64,000 nucleotides of DNA. Source: Octopus sinensis (Eukaryota). The notes below the pieces were generated by a model. That model saw only the letters and a list, made by a program, of their open reading frames with translations, had not been told where the DNA came from and did no database searches. A program made the position numbers and the translations under genes. The DNA lies in the NCBI RefSeq assembly GCF_006345805.1, contig NC_042997.1:140740001-140804000 (forward strand). Direction: 5' to 3'. The first letter of the stretch is position 1; each line of letters starts with the position of its first letter. Shown here piece after piece: positions 39,728-53,845 of this stretch.

Positions 39728-39772
<45 letters not shown>

Positions 39773-39787
39773 ATATTATATATATTT

Positions 39788-39851
<64 letters not shown>

Positions 39852-39892
39852 ATATATATGTATGTATGATATATATATAATATAATATATAT

Positions 39893-39927
<35 letters not shown>

Positions 39928-40078
39928 CTGTAAATATAATATGTGACAATTATTCGGTAGCCAAGATAAAGTTTCGGATGCCGAGGTGGAAATCCACACC
40001 ACCATCTCTTCAGTTATCCGCCATCGTTTTTACCAATAATACGTACATACATAGATACATACATACATACATATCATA

Positions 40079-40118
<40 letters not shown>

Positions 40119-40167
40119 TATATAATATATATTATATATATAATATATATATATATATAATTAATAT

Positions 40168-40203
<36 letters not shown>

Positions 40204-40382
40204 TATATATATATATATATTATTATATATATATATATATTAATAAAACTATATCCGACGAACGGATATATGAATACTATATATTATATATTTATGTTGA
40301 ATATTATATTAATTTTAAATATAAAGTATATATATATATATATATATATATTATATTATATATATATATATAATATTAAATA

Positions 40383-40431
<49 letters not shown>
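39060..40431. repeat. Very long degenerate (TA)n tracts (about 39060-39928 and 40060-40431)
   Basis: Almost pure A/T alternation over more than 1.2 kb. Confidence 0.95.
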
Positions 40432-40438
<7 letters not shown>

Positions 40439-41145
40439 ATACTGGGAGGATAGAGACGGAACGAAGTGAAAATTCGAAAAATCGAAAATTCGAACGAACC
40501 CGACGCGAGCGCTGTCAGACAATAGTGTAATAAATAAAATATATGCATACATACAAACATATATGTACGTACCGACATCTACATGTATATATACATGCAT
40601 ATATAAATATATATGTACAGGACACCACAGAAAGACGTAAAACTCAACAGAAACGAAAACGGAAAAGCCATTTTGTTACAACAGAAGGACACGAGAACGA
40701 AAACGGGAAAAACATTATGTACAACAGAAAAACAGGTACAGGACATGCTACACAAGGAAAAATCCCCTTCATCAGCTGTCACTAGCAGACATAGCGTGTT
40801 TCGAAGGCAAGACAGGACACGTCTGATCATGCTAAGCCTTCCTACGAGAGAATTAAAATAAAATAACCTCGCAGAGAGGTAAAATAAGCAAGAAAAAAAT
40901 GTAACACAAAAAGGGACGTAACAAAGAACTGCACAATAAAATACAAGAAAAAAATACAAAATTAAAAATACATGTACAAGAAAATACAAAACGAGAAATC
41001 AAAATAAACAAGAGAACAAACGAAAAAAACGAACGAAAGGCCTTTGTTCTGGCAGGGACGGAAGAGGTAACTGGCGAGCGCTGGGAAACATGACCTTAGG
41101 GCCTGAAGCTATGCATGTATAAAGGTGTATATACATGTATGTTCA

Positions 41146-41217
<72 letters not shown>

Positions 41218-41252
41218 TAGTGAATTGAAGAAATGGAGTTGAACGAAGATTG

Positions 41253-41370
41253 AACAGAATTCCTTTTATTGTATTCTACACATGTTTCAAAAGCCACAAT
41301 TTTCCAAATTCTGATTAAATAAGGATCCCATATTGTGGCTTTCTCTTCAGGAAAAAAATAGAATTCCGTT
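41253..41370 (-). ncRNA. Degenerate hammerhead-like motif with canonical CUGAAGA core and long stem II
   Basis: CTGAAGA-GAAAGCCACAAT(loop)ATTGTGGCTTTT-GAAA-CATGT (palindrome ACATGT). Distal stem AACGGAATTC/GAATTCTGTT. G at the cleavage position. Confidence 0.45.
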
Positions 41371-42023
41371 GGCAGAACATAAATATATATATATATGTAT
41401 AAATAAATTATATATAAAATTTACAAAAGGGGACAAGAACGCAAACCACACAAAGAGACGACACAAAAAAAAAAAAAACAGACAGGTCATTCGAAGCCTC
41501 TAATCTTCAGTCAGGAACCGGATCATCTTAGCAATTTCGGCTGATTAATCCTGATATCGCTCCGATCCGGCCAGCCCCAAGGAAAAACTAAGCTACGAGC
41601 ATTAGATTTCTTGGAAAAAGGATCGAATGTATACGAAACAAAACCGGACGATGCCACACGAATATAAATACAAGAAACAAAAAATAAAAATAAAAAACAA
41701 GAATAGTAATAACAGGACAGCGGGAGTCTTACGACTTCAGACAATTTAACTTATCTTGGCTGGCGTATTTTGAAAAAAATGCCTTTGCGGCAGACGAAAA
41801 CAACAGTGTTAACATGGCAGCGGTCAAAGGCGAAAAGACCAGTTGAACAGCAGTCACGTGAGAGGACATGTATTGATGTATATAAATGTATATATATGTG
41901 AATATATATATATGTATATATATACATATATACATGGCGGTGCCCCAGCATGGCCACAGCTCATAAGCTGAAACTGGAAAAATCAAAAATCAAATCAAAA
42001 TCATATTTATGTATATATTTATG

Positions 42024-42068
<45 letters not shown>

Positions 42069-42185
42069 TTATGCATGTATATATGTGTATATATTTATAT
42101 TTATGCATATATGTGTATATATATAGATGTATATATATATAATTATATTATAATATATATATATATATAATATATTATATATATA

Positions 42186-42227
<42 letters not shown>

Positions 42228-42842
42228 ATATGGATAGATACATACGATACATACACAGTTTCCACACAGTTTCTGTCTACCAAGTTTCTGTCCAAGATGC
42301 CGCGCAATCGGACTGAACGCGAAGCCGCTTAGTTGCGAAGCGAACTTCTTAATCCAATAGCTATTTTTTCAATGTCTACATTGAAATCCATCAGTGGTGT
42401 CGCAGTCGCTATTATGATATTTTGAACATTCCTCAAACTCTTGGTTCATTCGTTAGTGTGTTTGATTAGTACGGAGAAAGCGTCACGAATTCGAATCTCT
42501 GACGGTTTGATCTTCAAAACCCTTGTATCCATGAGAAATCTCTCCTGTTGCAGGGACATTCCGCTACTACAGTCTGTCTTGGTCCACCCTGACGCGTTCT
42601 TTCAATGCGTGATGGGCAATGAGGAGCATTGGTAGGCTTTGAAGCCCCAGGCGGAATTTGAACCACCCTAGATAGGTACCATATTTACAGATTGCCGAAG
42701 GGACAAAAAGTAGATTTAAGTTCGAGTGAACTTGAGTTCAGAAACTCAGAATCAGAACGAACAGAGCAAAGCGTTCTCTTATTTAACGATGTTGACAATT
42801 CGCCACTTATATCGCTGCATACATGCATGCATGCATGCTTGC

Positions 42843-42873
<31 letters not shown>

Positions 42874-43169
42874 CATACATACATGCATACATGCATGCAT
42901 ATACTCGCTGCCTACAGCAGTATGTATGCTTGATTTTTCTTTGAGTTTTATTTAAGTTCTTCTTGAGAGAGTTTAAGCCGGTCGCTAAAAAAAAGCAACC
43001 AGAGATTTTGAGTTATGAGAGTTCCCGGTGTTTGTAAATTCGTGGTCAAGTTGATGTGTTGGTTGAACTGTTATGCATACACCTAAGTGTGTGTGTGTAT
43101 GCATGCATGCAGGTATGTATGCATTTTTGTATCCATCCATCCATCCATCCATCTATCTATCTATCTATC

Positions 43170-43249
<80 letters not shown>

Positions 43250-43291
43250 CTGTCTGTCTTATATTTATTATATATATATATATATATATAA

Positions 43292-43369
<78 letters not shown>

Positions 43370-43489
43370 TTATGTATTGTTTTGTGTGCCGTTTTGCCTT
43401 TATATATATGTAACACAAACAGGTACACATAATACTACATAAGCATGCTTATGAATATAGTCGGCTATTTCTTAACTCTGAGCATTTCA

Positions 43490-43654
43490 TTGTTGATCTG
43501 AGCGTGGGACGAATATCGTGTTGCTGGCAAAATTATCGTGCTAGAGAAGGATTCGATCTCAGCACTATATATTAACAAGCGGCATATATTTCTCGTTCAT
43601 TCGGCGCTATGCAAGTGACCAGTTCACACTACTCTCGTGATCTGTCATATCCAG
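43490..43654 (+). other. Candidate non-coding first exon ending at a consensus 5' splice site
   Basis: Unique CpG-containing stretch ending CAG|GTAAGT (43655), about 4 kb upstream of the onset of CpG decay. The 5' boundary is a guess. Confidence 0.35.
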
Positions 43655-43941
43655 GTAAGTGAAAGTGGACCAGGACATTACAATACTAACAAAAAGAAAA
43701 AAAAAAAGAAAAGACCTGCGACTGTGTCTATTTATAAAAAAAAAAAACCTAAGACGTGTGTAGTAGAGCCTAACTTATGTACACTGTTATTGCGTTTGAG
43801 GGTGAGAAGTGTGTGTGTGAGTATATATAAACAAATATACGCAAGGAGTGTAATTGCTTTCTACATACACACACACACACATATATATATATATACATAC
43901 ATGCATGCATCCATACATACATTTCCACGCACGCACACACA

Positions 43942-43975
<34 letters not shown>

Positions 43976-45984
43976 GCTCGTACACATATATGCACACGCT
44001 ATATATACTTGTACATATGCATATAGGCAATCTTTCGTTATTCGTTGCATAGACAATATGCACATACACATATGTATGTATGTATGTATATATTTATACT
44101 GAAATAAACAGAGTATAATGCTTGCACATATGTGTCTCTTCCTGTCATAATTTTTCTTTTATATACAAATATGTATAATCGTCGTTTTTCTTAATCGTTT
44201 CAAAAGTGGATCAAGGGCAGAGAGTTTCGTGTATAGGCATTTATCAAACTTCTCGGCCAATAAGTCACTTTCTTCTAATTATGTAAGATCTAATTTTCCC
44301 TGCAAGTTCTGTTTGACCAAAAACTTGCACAAATATATAATTATAATCTGCATTTCTTAATGCTTGTGTTTAAAAGTTTGTCTCAGTTTTTCGTCCAGGC
44401 GTCTTTTTATGTTTGGACTCTTGTTCATTTCAGTTTGCTAAACATTCATGCTTTCTTTCTGTCTGTCTGTCTGTCTCTCTTTTTTTTTTCCTTGTTTAAA
44501 ACCACACCGATCAGTATAGAGGTGGTTTTTGACAGAAATCTTTTATTATATTATAAATATATATAACGACGTAAATGTAGGCACATAAAACGAAAAAGTT
44601 TTTTGTGTTCGTGCGTGGGTGTGTATGTGGATATATGTGTGTAGGTATGTGTATGTGTCAGTGTATTATATAAATTTGTGCATGCTTCCGTGTTTGATTG
44701 ACGTTTTGATTTTAATGGTTCGATATGAACCTTCGTTATCTTTTTTTCAACCTTGTGTTCCTACTCTGTGTGTTTGTGTGTGTGTGGGTATGTGTGTGTT
44801 TATATTTATTTATTCATGTATATATATTGGTAAATATATATATATACGAAGGCCTTTGTGTGTGTGTGTGTGTATGCTCTTGGCTCTGTATCTCGCATAA
44901 ACACACCAGGGACATTGGCAGACACGTTTAATCATCGGACAACGTGCTTTGCAGTATTTAGTTACATACCTTTTTATATCTTGAATTCAAATCCTCTCGA
45001 AGTTTTACTTCGATATTTAACCCTTTGGGATCGATAAAGGACAACATTGGTCGAATGATACTGAGAAACGATACTGTTGGAAGCTTTTCAAATCGTTGTG
45101 ATCTGCGGTCGACGCTTGATGGAAAGAATGTCTTGCAATGTATATTGGTGATGTTGAGGCTTTACGTAAGAATGATTTTCCCTTATATATTTACTATTTG
45201 ATATCACGTTGAAATTAGACTAGATTTTAACATAGTATATTCTCACCTGTAGACATATTATCAACTTGCTAATCTATTGTTTGTTTGTCTATGTCTCGGT
45301 TGGTCTATGTGTTGAACTGATCTTAAAAACGGACTAGGTTCGAGCGCGAAAAGCGAAACTTAGCAATGAACTTGGCTCGTTCATCACCAACACTCTCGTC
45401 ACTATCATCATCACTATAATCATCATTAATATTTAAACTATGCGGTAGATATGTTTCTATTTAAAAGTCCCAACGCTTTATCAAAACCTGCCCTAACTAC
45501 ATACTTCTTAACTTTTTGTTTATGACGCGATAAGAACGGCAGAATTGTTTGTTCGCTTGTTTACTTCTTAAACCCATATTAACATACATGGATCAAATCT
45601 ATGATCAAAGGCATTCCAGCCATGACAATCCTGTCATATATTTAGACAATGCATTTAAGCCACAATATCTGCATTTAAAACCTCAGCGTGGCCTTCCCTT
45701 TTTAAGACGACAAGATGTGATTTGAGGGTGACTGCTATATTTTAGCAGGCTTAGTGAGAGCGTAAGAGACTCGTTTTTGCTCGAGATGTTTCTTAGTGCC
45801 AGATTTGCTCTGACTGGGCTGACGTATGGTCAAAGACGTTCTAGCAGTGACCATCCTGTCTTTTCCCAAGACAGTAAGTACATCTGGGATCCATTGTCCA
45901 TTGTGTCCTTTGCTAAGACAGTAAGGTATAATTTTGGAGGACTCGCCTACTATTTCTTGCTGCCTGAACGACCACAAAGAAACC

Positions 45985-46024
45985 CATCATCATCATCATC
46001 ATCATCACCACCACCACCACCACC

Positions 46025-46073
<49 letters not shown>

Positions 46074-46077
46074 CCAC

Positions 46078-46125
<48 letters not shown>

Positions 46126-46140
46126 TGTCATCATCATTTT
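45985..46140. repeat. (CAT)n/(CAC)n trinucleotide repeat
   Basis: Directly visible; source of the poly-His/poly-Asp/poly-Met pseudo-ORFs. A similar tract lies at 53780-53925. Confidence 0.95.
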
Positions 46141-46481
46141 CATGTCGATATTTCCATAATTGCATGTGTCAGACAGGATTTGTTAAGGCAGATCTTCTAT
46201 AGCCAGATGACTTTCCTGTTGTAATATTTATCCATCGACCACAACTACGATTTCCCTCAGTTCAACAGGTTTTCACAAGCACAGCGTATCGTCCAATGAT
46301 TGAAGGTTGCTTTTAATGGGCCAATTACACAACATTGGCATCAGCCACAACTACAATCTCACTTGGCTCGATAAGTCTTCTCAAGTATGGTATATCTGTA
46401 ATGGTCTCTATATATACACATATATACGACGGGTTAGGGTATGTGTTTATATATATATATAATATATATGTATGTGTGTAT

Positions 46482-46512
<31 letters not shown>

Positions 46513-47378
46513 TTCAAAATGTAACCACATGCGAATCATTGGCGATTTTCTTCCCTTCTATTGGACTTTCCTCTGTTTCCCAAGAAGAGTGCTTGAAACA
46601 TTAAACCATTTTTCAAAGATCATGCTTCATCACCTCATCCCCTGTCTTCATGGGTCTGCCTCTTCCACAGGTTTCCTCCTTTATTACAGTGCAACACTTC
46701 TTCATACAGCTGCCCTCATCCATACACTCATCCACACACACACGCACACACATATACATATATAGATAGATATATATACTCTCTTTACTCTTTACTCTTT
46801 TACTTGTTTCAGACATTTGACTGTGGCCATGCTAGAGCACCGCTTTTAGTCGAGCAAATCAACCCTAGGATTTATTCTTTGTAAGCCTAGTACTTATTCT
46901 ATCGGTCTCTTTTGCCGAACCACTAAGTTACGGGGACGTAAACACACCAGCATTGGTTGTCAAGCGATGTTGAGGGGACAAGCACAGACACACAAACATA
47001 TACACACATACATACATATCATCATCATCATCATCATCATTTAGCATCCGTTTTATATATATATATATATATACATACACATATATACGATGGGTTAGGG
47101 TATGTGTTTATATATATATATATGTATGTGTGTATATATATATATATATATATTTCAAAATGTAACCACATGCGAATCATTGGCGATTTTCTTCCCTTCT
47201 ATTGGACTTTCTTCTGTTTCCCAAGAAGAGTGCTTGAAACATAAAACCATTTTTCATTTCTTTCCTGAGCATCTGGTAATACATTACATGTACCATGCCC
47301 TCATTTTGTTGTTTTTTTGTGTTTGTTCTTTCTGGGATTTACTATATTTATATATATATACATATATGTATGTGTGTT

Positions 47379-47420
<42 letters not shown>

Positions 47421-47443
47421 TATAAATACCAAGTAAGTTATGG

Positions 47444-48006
47444 GTATAATAATCCCTCAAAATGAATACTGTTGGAAAAATGGTGATAATATGGATGGAT
47501 TCATCGCTAAAGGATATACCCTTACCCTAATATCTGAAACTGATGAACCAACTAAATCGTTTCTCCATTTTCTTATTTGTATTATAAATTAATGGTAAAT
47601 TATTTCTTTATCTTCACCCAATAAAATACAATAAATAAGTTAATTGCATTGCAATTAAAAACATTTGTATTTTAAGAATTTGGGTATTATACCAACAGTA
47701 TATTGGATAAATATTATCCCTTAGTGGGTTGGATTCATAACCCTTAACTTGCTGTTATAAAATTAATTATATGAGGAATATTTATTGCTAATACTTGTAT
47801 GTGTATGAATTATCTATGCAATATTTGGAGTATTGCTAGTATAAGTGAATATATTTAAGTATAGTATAATAATCCCTCAAAATGAATACCGTTGGAAAAA
47901 TGGAGATAATATGGATGGATTCATCACTAAAGGATATACCCATACCCTAGTATCCGAAAGCTGATGAACCAACTAAATTGTTTCTTCATTTTCTTATTTG
48001 TATTAT
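47444..48006. repeat. 420-bp unit with about 143-bp terminal redundancy between two (TA)n tracts
   Basis: 47444-47586 is repeated at 47864-48006 (offset 420). Confidence 0.85.
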
Positions 48007-48120
48007 ATATATATATATATTATATATATATATATTATTATATATATATATGTATGTGTATATATGTGTATATATATATATATTATATATATATAATATA
48101 TATATATATATGTTTTTGTA

Positions 48121-48166
<46 letters not shown>

Positions 48167-48242
48167 AATGTATGTGTATATATGCGTGTATATATATATA
48201 TATATGTAATGTATGTGTGTGTATATATATATACTGCTGATA

Positions 48243-48556
48243 CCCACTTCGGTCATGACTGACCACAGGATTGCACCTAGAAAGTTACCCTCCTAGGCAC
48301 AAGTCCGGGCAAGGTTGTTTATGGAAGACTAGCAGTCACCCATGCATACTGGCCTCCCCTCTCCATGCCACCAGTGTTATCCAAGGGAAAGGCAAAGGCC
48401 GATACAGCTTGGTACCTGTGATGTCACAACTCATTTCTACAGCTGAGTGAACTGGAGCAACGAGTGTCTTACTCAAGAACACAACATGCAACCTGGTCCG
48501 GGATTTGAACTCACAACCTCACAATTGTAAGCTTGATGCTCTAACCACTGACCCAT
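48243..48556 (-). mobile_element. SINE with a family C-type tRNA head and a different 3' part, CpG-decayed
   Basis: Head ..agtggttagagcatcaagcttacaattgtgaggttgtgagttcaaatcc; body gttgctccagttcactcagctg. Confidence 0.65.
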
Positions 48557-48719
48557 GGATATATATATATGTATGTATGTATATCTGTGTGTATATATGA
48601 ATGTATGTATATATATCTGTGTTTTTATATGAATGTATGTATATATATGTGTATATATATATATGCTTATGTATATATATATGTTTATGTATGTATGCAT
48701 ATATATATATGTTTTTGTA

Positions 48720-48767
<48 letters not shown>

Positions 48768-49021
48768 TATATTGATTATGTATATATATGTATATATATA
48801 TATATATATGTGTGTATATATATATATATGTATGTTTGTATATGTTTGTATCCCTGTAACTTAATGATTCTGTAAAAAAATATGTATCAGGCTTTAAAAA
48901 AATTTAAGTACTGAGCTTGATTAATTCAACAATAAATTCTCCAAGCAGGAGCCCCAGCATAGCCATGGTCTAATCACTGAAACAAGAAAAAATAGAAGGT
49001 ATATATGTATGTATATATATA

Positions 49022-49432
49022 GGCACAGGAGTGACTGTGTGGTATGTAGCTTGCTTACAGACTACATGGTTCCAGGTTCAGTCCCATTGCGTGGCACCTT
49101 GGGCAAGTGTCTTCTGCTTATAGCCTCAGAACGGCCAAAGCCTTGTGAGTGGATTTGGTAGACGGAAACTGAAAGAAGCCCGTCATATATGTATATATGT
49201 ATGTATGTGTGTGTATATATGTTTGTGTGTTTGTGTTTGTTCCCCACCAACATCGCTTGACAACCGATGCTGGTGTGTCTACATCCTTGTAACTTAGTGG
49301 TTTGGCAAAAGAGACCAATAGAATAAGCACTAAGCTTATGAAGAATAAGTTCTGGGGTTGATTTGCATGTCTAAAGGCGGTGCTCCAGCATGGCTGCAGT
49401 CAAATGACTGAAACAAATAGAGAAATAAAAGA
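49022..49432 (+). mobile_element. SINE family B, full length, partly CpG-decayed
   Basis: Consensus acgtccccgtaacttagcggttcggc appears here as acatccttgtaacttagtggtttggc. Confidence 0.85.
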
Positions 49433-49653
49433 ATACCTTTCAGTCCCTCAGTACTCTAGTAGAGGGGTCTTGCGCTGCCTGTTACTTAATGACCTCACTG
49501 CTGCTAGTGCCATGTAAAAAGCACCCAGTCCATTCAGTAGTGGTTGGCATCAGGAAGTGCATCCAGCTGTAGAAACCATGCCAAAGTAGACAGTAGAACT
49601 TGATGTGGTCTCCTGACTTGCCTCTTCCTACCAAACCATCCTACACACACAAA

Positions 49654-49692
<39 letters not shown>

Positions 49693-49773
49693 TATACACA
49701 CATACACACACACACAAATATTTGTATATAAATACACACACACATATATATTCTCATACATATACACATACAT

Positions 49774-49832
<59 letters not shown>

Positions 49833-50211
49833 GAGTTTCCATGTATTTTTCAGTGTTAGCATATGTCGGAAAACTTATGTTAATTGATTCTACAGATAGA
49901 GTTTTAATCTTTCCTGTTTGCAAAGTCCTGTTTTTACACCAACCAGTTTTCTAAAGTGATAATTTGTGTCCTGTTTTTTTAATTATTTTTATTATCATTT
50001 GTTTTGTTTTTATTTTAAAATTTGGTATGCTGAATAATGCATTCTCTGAGTATTTTGCATAAAAGCTATGACATATTTTTTTTACTGCAATTTGATTCTA
50101 TAAGAATTAACCTTTCTCAAAATGCATCACTTGTGCATTTGCAAGAAGTTGCACTCACATAAGAATTTCATGACTCGAAAACTTTGTGAGCTCTAATTTA
50201 TTATATATAGT

Positions 50212-50272
50212 TCGAATGTTTGCTACTACCACCGAGATCTACACCTGCGGTTGGCTTCACCTGGGCTCGTGC
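50212..50272 (-). rRNA. 28S (LSU) rRNA fragment, about 60 nt
   Basis: Minus strand gcaggtgtagatctcggtggtagtagcaaacattcg matches the conserved LSU core GCAGGTGCAGATCTTGGTGGTAGTAGCAAATATTC. Confidence 0.8.
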
Positions 50273-53200
50273 TATAAGACAAAGGTGAGAAAATATTTAG
50301 TTTTTCTCATGTTGAAATTATTTTTTTAGCTAGTTGAAACATAATTGCTGTACTTTGCACAAGAGGTCACAGGAAAAGAATGTTGATTAAATGCTTTTAA
50401 TTTTGTTGTTGTTCTTGCCATTCAGCTCCAGGCCAGCTTATATCAAAGGCATCTCATCTGTGATCATCCCTTGTTTTTGTACATCCAATCTGTCCTTCCT
50501 TCCTTAAGACAATAAGATGTAATATGAGAGAGGTTTGGCTGATATTTCTAACAGGTTGAGCTATGGCTAGAGTTTCCCTTGTTGGCTTATTGTGACATAA
50601 ATAAAATTCAGAGCTGCTACCTAGAAACTATGTTAACTGAATAAGCTAAGGTAGTTGTTTGACCTAATTTCTATTGAAATATCAGTGAAAGAGTTTTCAG
50701 GGCACAGACACAGCTGCGTGATTAAGACTCTTGTTTTGCAACCACATGGTTTCAGGTTCATTCCTTGGACAAGTATCTTCTACAATAGCCTTGAGTCAAC
50801 CAATGCTTTGTGAGTGAATTTCTTTGTTTGATGGAAAGTTTATGCAAGCTTAATGTACATATGTATGTATGTGTCTTTCTGTATGTGTTATTCCCCCACC
50901 AAATAGTGTTAGTTTGCTTGCATCCCTGTAACTTAGCAGCTTGGCAATAGAGAGTGATAGAATAAGTGCCATACTTAAAAATAAGTACTAGAACTGATTT
51001 GTTTGACTAAAGCCATCAATTTGGTCCTTAGTATGGCTGCAGTCCATTGACAGAAACAAGTACATGATAAAAGGACAAGTGAATGCCAACTTCAAGATTG
51101 ATGAGACTAAACCACTTGCTACAGAGAACAATTGGAACTAGTTACTATATTTAAAAGTACCTTCCATCTTTCACATATAGAATAAAGAAAAACTCAGCTA
51201 CATCATTACATATTGGTTCCAAATTTTGGTACAAGACCAGTAATTTCTGAGGAAGAGTAAGTCAGTTACACTGATCCCCAGTATTCAGCTGGTACTTACT
51301 TTATTGATTCCATAAGAATGAAAAGCAAACTCAACACTGGTGGAATTTGAACTCATAGTGTAAGTTGGATGAGATACTGCTAAGCATTTTGCCTGGTGTG
51401 TCAACGATTCTGCCAGCTTGCCATAGTAAAACTAACTTAGCATCATCAGTCTTTAGTCTCTGTCATTAGTGTGTTTGGTAACAACAAAACATTTGATTCA
51501 TCATTATCATGGTTTTGACATCCACTTTATATGCTTGCATGGGTGGACAGAGTTTTATTGTGGCAGATTTTCTACAGCCAAATGCCCTTCCTGTCACCAA
51601 CTGTCACCTGTTTTCAAACATGGTAATATTTTCCCATGGCCAGATAGGATTCAGCAGAATATTGGAAATGGATGACTCTGCTTGTATGACAGTGACACTC
51701 ATTTACAACTATCAAGGGATGTCAAAACATGGTAGCACAAACTCACATATACACATGTGCATCTATATGACAGGTGATGTCAAGGTAGTGCATACACACA
51801 TGTGTACATATATACATTCACACACTCACTGACACACACATACACACACACACACTCACACACAGTTGCATATATATGATGGGCTTCTTCCAGATTCTAT
51901 TCAGCAAATCCACTCACAAAGCTGTGATTGGCATGGAACTGTATAAGAAGGCACTTACCCAAGATGTCATGCAGTGAGAGTGGACCTGAAACCATGAGGC
52001 TGGGAAACAAACTTCTTAACTATTCCACCATGGATGTACCTATCCACACTCATTACACATCAAAAGCTTTGTCTTGATCGTCTCTGTCATTAACATCAAA
52101 TTTCTCTTGATTTAGAGGTGTTAGACACTTTGCAAATGGAATGCCTTTGCTGGATCCTTGAAGTATTTCAGTTTGATTGTCTTTGGAATGACCATATTGA
52201 ATGAGCGTGCTTTTGCTAGCTATTTCTGGAATAGTTCAGAAATAGTTTAGAAAAGCAAACAATAACAGCAATAAACAGAATCAGTTATTAAGCTGTGTGT
52301 GGAAAAGGTGACGGTATTAACATTTTGAGCTAAAGCCCTTTATCAAGACAGAAATTGAAATATAGTGAGCAAACAGTGAGAGAAAAATTTACACTCCTCT
52401 CTCTTTGACTGAGTAACTATGTGTTTCCTCTGCAGCGAAACACCTGTTTCTGTCCCTCTGTCACACTCTAACTTTTCATCATCTGGCATAAGATCACCTC
52501 TGCCAATGCCATGTTCCCTCTCAAAGCATCTTTGTCTTGCAAGTTATTTGGTGACCCTGTCAGTGCTGGTGCCATGTCAAAAGTGTCCAGTCCACACTAT
52601 AAAGTCATTGGCATTTGGAAGGGTATCCAGTTGTAAAAAAAAACCATGCCAAAATTGGCCTCATCTATGCTGATGGCACATAAAAAAAGCACTGAGTCCA
52701 ATTTGTGGAGTAGTTGGTGTTAGGAAGGGCATCCAGCCATAAAAAAACCATGCCAAAACATACAGAGAAGCATAGTGCAGTCTTCTGTCTAGCCAACTCC
52801 TGTCAAAACGTCCAACCCATGCCAACATGGAAAGCAGATGTTAAATGATGATGATGATGATAACGACGTCGTTTGTAAGTCATTAATAAAGGATAATGGT
52901 AATGGGAGTGTGGTTTCTAGTGATGGAGGAGAGTAGAGAAGGATGATGAGTAACTATGGTCAAGTGTGAAAGGAAAAAGAAAGTGTGTGTGTGTGTGTGT
53001 ATTGAGGGTGCGAGTGATGGCAGAACAGCTGCAAGCAGTGATGTTAAGTATGTGTGTGTATCAAAGTATCAGTGTGAGTGTGGTATTTTGTATGTGTGAG
53101 AGCAGGTGATTTGAATGAATAACTGTAGATAGTTGTGACAAGTGTGTGTGTGTGTAAGTGTGGCAGTATGTATGTGCAAATAAGTGGCTCGAAAGTTGAA

Positions 53201-53814
53201 TGAGAAAGCTTGTTTGTAGATGACATTGACATTGTATATGTGTGTGTGAATAGGTTAGTAAAAGTAATGAATACTGTGAGTATGTGTAAGTTGTGTGTGT
53301 ACATGTGTGTGTGTGGTAGGGAAGAAAAGGAGATGAGAATATGTTAGACGGATACTAGTTGAATACCAATTCGAACAAGACTGGACATTGACCCCAATTT
53401 GAAAATTATTCATTATTCATTATTCATTATTCATATTGGGTCATCTTGAAGGAGAAGTTGACAAAGAGCAAAATGATATCAGGAGTGGTCAGTGGCTTTA
53501 AAATGACATGAAACAGGAGTAGATGCTCCAGTGTCCTTGCATCACACATCAAACAGACTGCTGTCTGAACCAATTAGTCAGCTTGTGACAAGTCTCGTTT
53601 GTATACCGGACACTATAAAGCTGGCATTTTATACAATAAATTGCATTCTTGAAAGTGTAAATGAAATAGTCAGTGTCTTTGAAAGCGGACTTAGAACTAT
53701 GCAGGGTAGTGACCTTATAGACAAAAGAACAGATACTCACAAACAGTTATTTCACTGTTATGATCATATGAATCATCATCTTCATCATCATCATCATTGT
53801 CATCGTTGTCGTCG

Positions 53815-53845
<31 letters not shown>

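Noticed and set aside
40765-40815. Possible type II permuted hammerhead (CCTTCGAAAC..GTC..CTGATGAAGG on the minus strand)
   Set aside because: Stem I and stem II do not pair in register next to the core.
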